A stretch of DNA of 64,000 bases, taken from assembly GCA_038212275.1 (NCBI GenBank), contig JBBQUR010000006.1:160001-224000 (forward strand), in the 5' to 3' direction. Below are positions 41,773 through 50,107 of the stretch, one piece after another. The notes below the pieces were generated by a model. That model saw only the letters and a list, made by a program, of their open reading frames with translations. It was not told the DNA's origin and made no database searches. Each line of letters begins with the position of its first letter. The stretch's first letter is position 1. A program made the translations under genes and the position numbers. The DNA comes from Planctomycetota bacterium (GTDB taxonomy: Bacteria; Planctomycetota; B15-G4).

Positions 41773-42681
41773 TCACACCGGCGGCTCCACATCTTTGTTC
41801 CGCTGCCTCGCCTCCGCCCGCTGCTTGTCCAGGAAGGCCTGCTCCTGGCTGCGCAGGCGGCGTTGCGCGTCGCGCCGCGACTTGTCGCGCAACGCGGCGT
41901 CGGTGCCCTGCGCGCTGTCCTCGGCGTCCACCCGGTAGTAGCCGACGCGATCGGCATCCTCGCGGTCCGTCGGCAGGCCTGCGAGAAAAGTACCGAGCAC
42001 CTTGCCGCCGGCGCGCGAGATGCTTGCGACCGAGCGCAACACGAGGTCCTTGTGCGTGTCTTCCATGCGCACGACGAGGAGCGCTCCGTTGGTGCGCGGG
42101 ATGAGCACGCAGGCGTCGGTGTAGGGGTTGACCGGCGGCGTGTCGATGAGCACCCAGGTGAAGCGGCGCTTGAGTTCGGACAGCAGGTTCGTGAAGCGCT
42201 CGCTGCCGAGCAGGTCGGCGGGGCTCTTCGGCTCGGCGCCCGCCGCGAGCAGCGACACGTGCGGCACCACCGTGGGTTGCAGGCACGCGGAGAGGGAGAC
42301 CTTGTCCGCCAGCAATTCGGTCACGCCCGGCGTGGCGGGCTTCCCGAACAGGCGCGCCTGCACCGGCTGCCGGAAATCGCTGTCCACCAGGCACACGCGC
42401 GCTCCGGGAACCTCGGCGAGACAGCACGCGACGTTGGCCGCCGTCACCGACTTGCCTTCGCCTTTCTTGCTGCTCGTGACGACGACGGCCCAGGGCCCCC
42501 CGCCCTTGTTGAGCGCGGCAAGGTTCGTGCGGCAGGCGCGATATTGCTCGGCGTGCAGGCTGCGCGCGTCGTGGTACATGACCAGCGCGTCGGACACGCG
42601 CGAGAGCAGACCGCCGGGACGTTCGGCATCGGCGCGCAACTCGCTGGCCGGGCCGCGCGAGGCATCTGGCGTGGTGGTCAT
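41773..42681 (-). CDS. CpsD/CapB-family bacterial tyrosine kinase (soluble BY-kinase)
   Basis: EQYRACRTNL, Walker A SSKKGEGKS, A' LVDSDFRQP, Walker B LIDTPP, GYY near the C-terminus. Confidence 0.88.
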   Translation of the reverse strand: MTTTPDASRGPASELRADAERPGGLLSRVSDALVMYHDARSLHAEQYRACRTNLAALNKGGGPWAVVVTSSKKGEGKSVTAANVACCLAEVPGARVCLVDSDFRQPVQARLFGKPATPGVTELLADKVSLSACLQPTVVPHVSLLAAGAEPKSPADLLGSERFTNLLSELKRRFTWVLIDTPPVNPYTDACVLIPRTNGALLVVRMEDTHKDLVLRSVASISRAGGKVLGTFLAGLPTDREDADRVGYYRVDAEDSAQGTDAALRDKSRRDAQRRLRSQEQAFLDKQRAEARQRNKDVEPPV

Positions 42682-44366
42682 GCGGGGTCTCCGGGCAGGC
42701 CGGCGTGGCGTCGCGCGAGATCGGCGGCACCCAGCAGCAGGTCGTGGTCATGGTCGCGCAGGCCGGCGACGGCCGCGCGTGCCTGCGCCGACAGGCGCCG
42801 GCACGCACCCCGGGCAAGCAGCAGTTCATCGGCTGCAGCTTCCTCGCCACGTGAGGCGACGACATCCGCCGCGCGCGACAGCACCGCCGCCTGCCCGTAG
42901 AGCGCGATGGCCTGGTCGGCCAGGCCGGCCAGCACCAGCTGCCGCTCCTTGAGGCCCGGCCCGTGGCTGCCCAGCGCCGCCGTGACGGTCTGCACGAGGT
43001 CGGCGGTGCCCAGCGAGAGCGACAACGCCTCGCTGCGCAGCGGCGCGGGCACGATCGGCGGATCGGGCGCCTCCGCTCCGCGGGCACGCTTGCCGAAGTC
43101 GCCCGTCGCGGCCGCCGCGCCTCCGGCGGCCAGGCGCCGGCCGGGTTCAGCGATGCCGGCGCCGGCGATCATCAGGCGCAGGATCTCGTTCGTCCCCTCG
43201 AAGATCATGTTCACGCGCGCGTCGCGCAGCATGCGTTCGTACGGGTAGTCGGTGGTGAAGCCGTTGCCGCCGGCGCACTGCATCGCGTCGTTCACCGTGC
43301 GCCACAGCACCTCGGTGCCGAAGATCTTGCAGGCAGCGGCCTCCAGCGCGAGGTCGTCGTGCCCGCCGTCCGCGAGCCCCGTCGTGAGAAAGGTCATGCA
43401 CTCCAGCGCGTGGAGATCCTGCGCGGCGCGGCCGAGCTTCTCGCGGATCAGCTCGAACTCCGCGATCGGCCGGCCGAATTGCCGGCGCTGCCCGGTGTAC
43501 TCCACCATCTGTGCGAGCAGGAAGCGCGAGCTGCCGATGCATCCGCCCGCAAGCCCGGTGCGCCCGGTGTTGAGCACCTCGAGGGCGATCTTGAAGCCCT
43601 GGCCCGGCTCCCCGACGAGGTTCTCCGCCGGCACCTTCACGTCCTCGAAGAGCAGCGGCACGGTGGAGCTGCCCTTGATGCCGAGCTTGTCCTCTTCGGG
43701 CCCCGAGGAAAAACCGTGCGCGCGCTCCACGAGGAAGCAGGAGATGGACGGCTTGCCGTCGGCGCGGACGTGATCGGGCGTGCGCGCGAAGACGGTGACC
43801 AGATCGGCGAAACCGCCGTTGGTGATCCAGAGCTTCTCGCCGTTGAGGACGTAGTGGCGGCCGTCGGGAGTGCGCGTCGCGGTGGTGCGCAGCGCCTGGG
43901 CGTCGCTGCCCGCACCCGGCTCGGAGAGCGCGAAGGCCGCGAGGAGTTCGCCGCTGGCGAGGCGCGGCAGGTAGCGCGCCTTCTGCTCCTCGTTGCCGAA
44001 GAGCAGCAGCGCCTTGATGCCGATCGTGCTGTGGCCGCCGGACAGGATGGCCACCGCCCCGTCGAGCATCGAGAGGTCGCAGCCGATGCGGACGTAGCTC
44101 GTGAGGTCGAGGCCGAGCCCGCCGAAATCCTCCGGGACACGCATCCCGAAGAGTCCCAGCTCCGACAGGCCGTCGATGACGGCGCGCGGGATCTTGTGCT
44201 CCCGGTCGATGGCGCGGCTGTCGATCGAGCCCGCGGCGAAGCGCGAGAGGCTGTCGCGGAACATGTCGACCAGCTCGCGCTTCTCGGCGGCAAGGCGCGG
44301 GTAGGGGAAAAGCAGTTCCGTGCGCAACTCGCCCAGGAACAGCGACTTCAGGAAGGAATCGGTCAT
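42678..44366 (-). CDS. Acyl-CoA dehydrogenase (long, ACAD9/VLCAD-like)
   Basis: FALSEPGAGSDA, LNGEKLWITNGG, EDKLGIKGSST, RRQFGRPI, IFEGTNEILR. Confidence 0.93.
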   Translation of the reverse strand: MTDSFLKSLFLGELRTELLFPYPRLAAEKRELVDMFRDSLSRFAAGSIDSRAIDREHKIPRAVIDGLSELGLFGMRVPEDFGGLGLDLTSYVRIGCDLSMLDGAVAILSGGHSTIGIKALLLFGNEEQKARYLPRLASGELLAAFALSEPGAGSDAQALRTTATRTPDGRHYVLNGEKLWITNGGFADLVTVFARTPDHVRADGKPSISCFLVERAHGFSSGPEEDKLGIKGSSTVPLLFEDVKVPAENLVGEPGQGFKIALEVLNTGRTGLAGGCIGSSRFLLAQMVEYTGQRRQFGRPIAEFELIREKLGRAAQDLHALECMTFLTTGLADGGHDDLALEAAACKIFGTEVLWRTVNDAMQCAGGNGFTTDYPYERMLRDARVNMIFEGTNEILRLMIAGAGIAEPGRRLAAGGAAAATGDFGKRARGAEAPDPPIVPAPLRSEALSLSLGTADLVQTVTAALGSHGPGLKERQLVLAGLADQAIALYGQAAVLSRAADVVASRGEEAAADELLLARGACRRLSAQARAAVAGLRDHDHDLLLGAADLARRHAGLPGDPA

Positions 44367-44509
44367 GGTGCGACCATCATGGCCGCTGCGCCGCCCGCGA
44401 TGAAGCGCCGTCAGCAGCACGTCGCCGCTCCGCATCCGGGATTGACCCTGACGCTGCCGTGTGCGAGAACGTCCCGGTCCGGTCGGGAGCCGGGCATGAT
44501 CTTTTTACA

Positions 44510-44725
44510 ATCCGTCGAGTTTGCCGGCCCTTGGGAAGACGGTGCGAATCCGTCACGGTCCCGCCGCTGTATGCGGAGTCAAAGGGCGCCAGGTGTTGTC
44601 GCAAGCGGTCTCACGACGGCGCGCGACGGACTCCAGTCACTGCTGGCCAGCGAGGATCTCCTCGCGTCCGCCGGCGGGAAGACGCGCCCCGAGGTCAATC
44701 CGCGAGTCAGAACACCTGGCCGATG
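44510..44725 (+). promoter_or_regulatory. Cobalamin riboswitch (full-length AdoCbl/class I type)
   Basis: GGGAAgaCGGTGcgAATCCGtcACgGtCCCGCCGCTGTa ... GtCACTG ... GGGAAGaC ... GAGtCAGAAcACCTGgC (B12 box). Confidence 0.93.
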
Positions 44726-44785
44726 AACGTTCACTCCGTCCCCGGATATGGGATCGGCGTGAATCGTCCGTTGGTGAAGACAAGA

Positions 44786-44824
44786 GGCCGCGCGGGATGC
44801 AACCCGTCGCGGCTTTCGCGTTTT
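44786..44824 (+). terminator. Candidate attenuator/terminator hairpin of riboswitch 2
   Basis: ggccgcgcggg-atgcaa-cccgtcgcggct followed by ttcgcgtttt. Confidence 0.55.
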
Positions 44825-44885
44825 CCGGCGGACCGTTCTTCGGGCAGCTGAGGTTCGACAGGCCGGCACTTTTTCCGGAGCCTGC

Positions 44886-46334
44886 ATGTTTTCCAAGCTT
44901 TCTTCCCGCCTCATCACGCTGCTTGCTTCCCTGCGCGCGACGTTCTCGCGCCCCGGTCCGCTGACCGCACTGCCGTTCGCCCTCGCCCTGCCGTTCGGCA
45001 TTGCCGCGCCATGCGGTATCGCTCTGCCGATCGGCGTCGCCCTGCTGGCGCCAGCGGCAAGTGCCTCCGACATCACCTTGCCGGCGGGCTTCAACGTCGA
45101 GACCTCGCCCGCGTCGTCCGGCAGCGTCGCGGCCGTGCTGCCCGACGGCACGCTCCTCGTCGGCACCGGCTTCTTCGGCGCCGATGAACTCTCCGTGCGC
45201 CACGCCGATGGCACCCAGACGCTGTTCGCCACGGGCTTCGGAAGCATCGCAGGCATCGCGCAGTCCCCCGTGACAGGCGACATCATCGTCGGCGACTCGT
45301 TTTTCCTGCCCGTGCTGCGCGTGCTGCACGACCTGAACCACGATGGCGACGCGCTGGATGCCGGCGAGAACGTGCCGTCTCCCGTGGCGCTGCCCGTGCT
45401 GTCCAACGGCGCCGCGCCGCTGCCCTTCGCGCTGACTTTCCGGCCGGGAACGGATGAGCTCTTCATCACGGGCTCCACGCCCTTCGGCGTCTCCCCCACG
45501 CTGGGCGTCGTCCTGCGTGTCAGCGGCGGCATCGCCACCGTCTTCGCGGATGGCCTCGGCTATGCCTCGGGCCAGGTCTGGGCCGGCGACACGCTGTACG
45601 TGGCTGACCTGAAAGCGGTCAGCTTCGTCGGCCGCGTGCTCTCGCTCAAGGACGGCAATGCCGATGGCGATGCGCTCGATGCGGGCGAGGCCGTTGCCTT
45701 CGCAGGCAATCTCACGGGCGCGAGCGACCTGGTGCTCGCGCAGGACGGCAGCTTCTATCTCTCGGGCCTGTTCGACGACTCGGACTTCAGCGGCACGGTC
45801 GGACGCCTGCTGCCGGACCTCGACGGTGACGGCGCCTCCGATGGCGTCGACGAGCGCTTCCTCGACGGCTTCACCTTCACGGGCGGCCTCACGCTGCTCG
45901 AGAGCGGCGCGGGATTCGTGCCGGGCGCCGGCGGCGACGGCATGCTCGTCGTGCAGGACTTCGCTGCGGAGACCGTGGATCGCGTCGTGCGTTCCGCCCC
46001 GCTTGCCACGCTCGCGCTGTCCGGCTCGGCCGCGAACAACAGCGCGTTCACCATGACGGTCGGCGGTGCGCCGGGCGCCGCGGCGCTGGTGCTGCTCTCC
46101 ACCGACCAGATCGGCCCGACGCTCCACGGCATCGGCGACCTGTGCGCGGGATTCAACTCGCCTTACCTGCTGCTGCCGCTGCCGCGCGTGAATGGCGCAG
46201 GCAGCACGTCCCGCACGCTGCTCTTCCACAGCGTGGAGGGCGCCGTGGGCGTGTCGTTCACGGTTCAGGCCTTCACGCTGCAAGCCGGCGACATCGGCAT
46301 CAGCAACGCCTTCGACCTCGTGCTGGCTCCATGA
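44886..46334 (+). CDS. Exported beta-propeller-like protein with DxDxDG Ca-binding loops and C-terminal domain; B12-riboswitch controlled
   Basis: Long hydrophobic leader; blade-like repeats (TLFATGFGSIAGIA, TVFADGLGYASG, FAGNLTGASDL); DLNHDGD, DGNADGD, DLDGDG. Confidence 0.75.
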   Translation: MFSKLSSRLITLLASLRATFSRPGPLTALPFALALPFGIAAPCGIALPIGVALLAPAASASDITLPAGFNVETSPASSGSVAAVLPDGTLLVGTGFFGADELSVRHADGTQTLFATGFGSIAGIAQSPVTGDIIVGDSFFLPVLRVLHDLNHDGDALDAGENVPSPVALPVLSNGAAPLPFALTFRPGTDELFITGSTPFGVSPTLGVVLRVSGGIATVFADGLGYASGQVWAGDTLYVADLKAVSFVGRVLSLKDGNADGDALDAGEAVAFAGNLTGASDLVLAQDGSFYLSGLFDDSDFSGTVGRLLPDLDGDGASDGVDERFLDGFTFTGGLTLLESGAGFVPGAGGDGMLVVQDFAAETVDRVVRSAPLATLALSGSAANNSAFTMTVGGAPGAAALVLLSTDQIGPTLHGIGDLCAGFNSPYLLLPLPRVNGAGSTSRTLLFHSVEGAVGVSFTVQAFTLQAGDIGISNAFDLVLAP

Positions 46335-46354
46335 ACACGAAACGGGAGAAGACC

Positions 46355-47374
46355 ATGATTCGCAAGCCTGTCATCGTCCTTGCCCTGGGGCTCGGCTGCG
46401 CCGCGCTCGGGCTCGGTTTCAGCACGCCCCTGTGCGCCTTCGCGCAGTCCGTCGTCGCCTTCGTCGCGGGCACTTCCGCCGGGAACAATCAGACCCAGCC
46501 GATCGGAGAACCCACCGGCGGAGGCGACTTCGAAGGCTCCATGGATACTCTCACGCTCGGTTACGGCGGATCGCTCACGCTGCTCCTCGGGTCCGCCTGC
46601 TTCGACGGGCCCGGTACGGACCTCATCGTGTGCGAGAACCCGTTCTTCATCACGGGCAGCAGCAACCTGTTCGTGGAGGCGATGTTCGTGGAGGTCTCCA
46701 CGGATGGCGTGAACTTCGCGCGCTTTCCCACCAGCTACACCGGTGACGCGGGGCCGTTCCAGCCCTTCTCGGGCGTGCCCATGTCGTGGTACCGGGGCTT
46801 CGCGGGCGTGATGCCGGTGCATGCCAACAGCAGCTTCGGCATTCCGTCGCTCGACGTGGTGGCTGCCGGCGGCGACGCCTTCGACCTCGCGGATCTCGCC
46901 GACGACCCGCTCGCCATGTCGGGCGCCGTGAACCTCTTCGAGATCCACTACGTCCGTCTCGTGGACGTGCGTGGCGGCGTCTCGCTGGACAGCGCGGGGA
47001 CTCCGGTGTGGGACAGCGGTCTGAACAGCGTGGCCTCGGCGGACGTGGATGCCGTGATCGGCGTGAACAGCCTGTGCGTCACGTCGGGCGGCCGCCCGCA
47101 CGTGGAGGTGTCGCTTGCGTCCGGAATCCTCACGATCCACATCGACGACAACGACGGGTTCACGGACGTCAAGCACGGGCTCACGGCGTCGGTGGATGGC
47201 GTGCCGATCCCGTTCTCCGCGCTGCTGCCGTTCTTCGTGATCACGCAGATCAACGTGACCGGCGTGACGCTGGTCACCGGGCCCGTGCCGCTCGGCGTCT
47301 ACCCCATCACGCTGAAGGTCTCTGCGCAGGACAATCAGGGGCTGTTCGGCGGTGACTCGCTGAGACTGCCCTGA
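46355..47374 (+). CDS. Exported cell-surface protein resembling BtuH / LIC_13355-type domains (putative corrinoid-binding)
   Basis: LTLGYGGSLTL, DGPGTDLIVCENPF, EVSTDG, FAGVMPV, AGGDAFDLADL, YVRLVD, DVDAV; signal peptide; alternative start 46331. Confidence 0.7.
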   Translation: MIRKPVIVLALGLGCAALGLGFSTPLCAFAQSVVAFVAGTSAGNNQTQPIGEPTGGGDFEGSMDTLTLGYGGSLTLLLGSACFDGPGTDLIVCENPFFITGSSNLFVEAMFVEVSTDGVNFARFPTSYTGDAGPFQPFSGVPMSWYRGFAGVMPVHANSSFGIPSLDVVAAGGDAFDLADLADDPLAMSGAVNLFEIHYVRLVDVRGGVSLDSAGTPVWDSGLNSVASADVDAVIGVNSLCVTSGGRPHVEVSLASGILTIHIDDNDGFTDVKHGLTASVDGVPIPFSALLPFFVITQINVTGVTLVTGPVPLGVYPITLKVSAQDNQGLFGGDSLRLP

Positions 47375-47575
47375 CCGCAGGTCGACGCCGCGCACGGGTC
47401 GCGGTCCGCCCGGCGGGCCGGACTCGTGCGCGGTTCGCCGGGTCGGATGAGGCGGGAGCCGTGGCGCGTGGCGCGGTGTCGCGGGATACACTCGGCGCTC
47501 GGCCACCTTGACGGCGCCGACGCGCCCGAAGGCGCCTCGTCGTCCCGAACGATCCCCGCAGGACAGCCCGCCCCC

Positions 47576-48691
47576 GTGACCGTCGCGCCCTCGCTGCCCG
47601 CCGCCATTCTGGATGACCTGCAGCTTGCCGCCACGGCGGTCGAGGTCCTGCCGCTGCCTGCGCCCGACTGCAGCGAGGCGCCGGCCATTGCCGCCGCCGC
47701 GGCTCGCGCGCCGGCGCTGGTGACGATGCCCGGGCAGCCTGACCGGCCGACGCTGGCGCGCCTTCGGGACGCCTGCTGGCCCGCCGCGCACTTCGCCGCG
47801 ATCTGGCGCGTGTCGGCCGACGGCCGCATCAAGCGCATGACCAGCGCCGGCGACGGCGAGCTCGACGCGCGCGCCGACAGCTCGGGCGGGCTCGCGCCGT
47901 TCACGGTGCTGCTCGCGCGCAGCCGCCAGGACACCTTCGGCCAGCAGACCACGCGCGCGAAGTTCGATGCCAACGCCACGGGCTGGAACGGCAACCCGGG
48001 CTCACCCACTTACGGCCACTACCGCTGGATGCGACGCCTGCTCGCGGAGGTGGCCCGCCCGCGGCCGGGCCAGCGCACGCTGGATGCCGGCAGCGGCACC
48101 GGCTGGGTGGGCATCGAGGCGGCACGACTCGGCGCGAGCGTGTCGGCCTTCGATCCGAGCCCGGCCATGATCGAGCTTGCGAAGGGCAACGCCGCGGAGA
48201 CCGGCGTGCCGCTCGACGCGCGCGTGGGCTTCGTCGAAAACGCGCCCTTCGACAGCGCCTTCGAGCTGGTGCTCAACTCCGGCGTCATCAGCTTCGCGCC
48301 GGATCCCGAGGTCTACCTCGCGCGGCTCGACCGCCTCGTGGAGCCCGGCGGCATCCTCGTCATCGGCGACATCAATCCGCTGGCGCGCGGCTTTCTGCGC
48401 CGGCGCCGCGTGCAGCCGCTGCTCCCCGCACGCGAACTCAACGGCCTGACGCGCGACGCGGTGGAGGCGCTGCTCGTGCGGCGCGGCTACGTCATCGAGG
48501 CCAGGCGCTTCTACCAGCTCACCTTTCCCGTGCCGCAGCTCATGGCGCTGTCCGAGCGCAAGGGCCTGGCCCTGCCGTGCGCCGCGCTGCTCGCGCTCAA
48601 CAAGCTGGCGACCGCCGTCGACGCGGCGCTGCTCTCGCGCTCGTCGGGCAGCTTCGACTCCTGGATCCTGCGCGCCCGCAAGCCGGCCTGA
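47576..48691 (+). CDS. Class I SAM-dependent methyltransferase with N-terminal extension
   Basis: LDAGSGTG, FDPSPAMI, PGGILVIGD; start uncertain. Confidence 0.8.
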   Translation: MTVAPSLPAAILDDLQLAATAVEVLPLPAPDCSEAPAIAAAAARAPALVTMPGQPDRPTLARLRDACWPAAHFAAIWRVSADGRIKRMTSAGDGELDARADSSGGLAPFTVLLARSRQDTFGQQTTRAKFDANATGWNGNPGSPTYGHYRWMRRLLAEVARPRPGQRTLDAGSGTGWVGIEAARLGASVSAFDPSPAMIELAKGNAAETGVPLDARVGFVENAPFDSAFELVLNSGVISFAPDPEVYLARLDRLVEPGGILVIGDINPLARGFLRRRRVQPLLPARELNGLTRDAVEALLVRRGYVIEARRFYQLTFPVPQLMALSERKGLALPCAALLALNKLATAVDAALLSRSSGSFDSWILRARKPA

Positions 48692-48739
48692 GCTGCCGGC
48701 TTTCCGGGAACAGCCCTCGCCCCCGGGTCGTCTCACCGC

Positions 48740-48850
48740 GCCGGGACTTCGGGACGCCGCCGAGCCTTCGGGACGCAGCCGAGCCTTCGGGACGACGCCG
48801 GGACGTCGCCAGGCCGCCGGGACTTCGGGACGCCGCCGACCTTCAGCGCC
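48740..48850 (+). repeat. 19-bp tandem direct repeat x~6 immediately upstream of the ECF sigma gene
   Basis: gccgggacttcgggacgcc / gccgagccttcgggacgca / gccgagccttcgggacgac / gccgggacgtcgccaggcc / gccgggacttcgggacgcc / partial. Confidence 0.9.
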
Positions 48851-48882
48851 GCGGCACCGGCGCGCGTACAGGCAGGTGAACC

Positions 48883-49479
48883 ATGACCAGCTCCGCACCG
48901 GACGACCGAGACCGCCTGGCCGCCGTCGTGCGCGGAGACGGGGATGCCCTCGATGCCTGGTATCGCCATGAACACCCCGTCGTGCACCGCCTGTGCACCG
49001 GCTTCCTCGCGAACACCGCGGAGGCCGACGACGCCACGCAGGACGCGCTGCTGGCGCTGCTGGACAGCCTGCCGCGTTGGGACAGCGCGCGCGACTGGCC
49101 GCGCTGGCGCAACACGATCGTGCTCAATCACTGCCGCGATCGTCTGCGGCGTCGGCAGGCGCGCAGCCGCGCCGAGGATGCCGGCGCGCGGCACGCGCCA
49201 CCGGCCGCGCTGCCGGCGCCCGACGACCTCGCCGCCGCGCGCGAAGTCCGGGAGGTGCTGATGTCCGTACTCGTCGAGCTGTCACCGCGCGAGCGCGAGG
49301 TCTTCGTGCTGCGCGACCTGCAGGGCGAAGCCGGCGCCGACGTCGCCGCCGCGATGGGCATCGGCGAGAGCAGCGTGCGCTCATTGCTCACGCTGGCGCG
49401 GCGCCGCCTGCGTCGCCTGCTCGAAGAGCGCGCGCCGGGCCTCTGCCCGCTGCCGCTCGCCGGAGCGCGCGATGACTGA
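48883..49479 (+). CDS. ECF RNA polymerase sigma-70 factor
   Basis: EADDATQDA (region 2), NHCRDRLR, LSPREREVFVLRD...VAAAMGIGESSVRSLL (region 4). Confidence 0.9.
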   Translation: MTSSAPDDRDRLAAVVRGDGDALDAWYRHEHPVVHRLCTGFLANTAEADDATQDALLALLDSLPRWDSARDWPRWRNTIVLNHCRDRLRRRQARSRAEDAGARHAPPAALPAPDDLAAAREVREVLMSVLVELSPREREVFVLRDLQGEAGADVAAAMGIGESSVRSLLTLARRRLRRLLEERAPGLCPLPLAGARDD

Positions 49480-50107
49480 CGCACGCCGCGATGACGACGA
49501 GCTGCAGGACGACGCGCTCGCAGCGTTGCGCGCGGCGTGGGCCGAGCTTCCCGTCCCCGCACCGACACGCGAGCTGGACGAAGAAGACGAGGCCACGCGG
49601 CGCGCCGTCGGCTGGATGGTCGCTGCCTGGCGCAGCCCCGAGGTCGTGGCGCCGGGTGTCGCGACGGCGCAGCACGCGCCGCTCGCGCTGCACGCAATGC
49701 TCGCGCTGCACGCAATGCAGGCGCGGGACGCAATGCACGCGCGGCACGCCCGGCTCGCGCGGCACCCAGACGCGGACCACGACGCTCCGCGGCTGACCGG
49801 CTGGCGCCGCCAGGTTGCCGCGGCCGCGCTCATCCTCGCGCTGCTCGGCGCCGCGCTGATGCTGCGCGACGTGCCCGGCCTCGACGCGGGCCGGCCGACG
49901 CCGGGCGAGGCCGGCCCCGTGGCGGCGGGCGATCCCCGCGCCGAGCCGGCGCCCTCGGCGCTGTCCTCGCCGGCATTCACGTCGCCGCCCGCCACGCTGC
50001 CGCTGCTGGCATCGGCGAGCCCGCCCCCCATCGAGCTGCGCGCCGGTCACACGCGCGTGCTGCTGTTCACCGAATCCACCCGCCGTACCCAGGAGATCCA
50101 ACCATGA
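49472..50107 (+). CDS. Putative anti-sigma factor (single TM)
   Basis: Overlaps sigma stop; TM VAAAALILALLGAALML; internal ALHAM repeats. Confidence 0.6.
   Translation: MTDARRDDDELQDDALAALRAAWAELPVPAPTRELDEEDEATRRAVGWMVAAWRSPEVVAPGVATAQHAPLALHAMLALHAMQARDAMHARHARLARHPDADHDAPRLTGWRRQVAAAALILALLGAALMLRDVPGLDAGRPTPGEAGPVAAGDPRAEPAPSALSSPAFTSPPATLPLLASASPPPIELRAGHTRVLLFTESTRRTQEIQP

Noticed and set aside
48740..48850. Possible CRISPR array (also considered for 41103-41413 and 21488-21558)
   Set aside because: Units are contiguous with no unique ~30-bp spacers, and there are no cas genes in the window.
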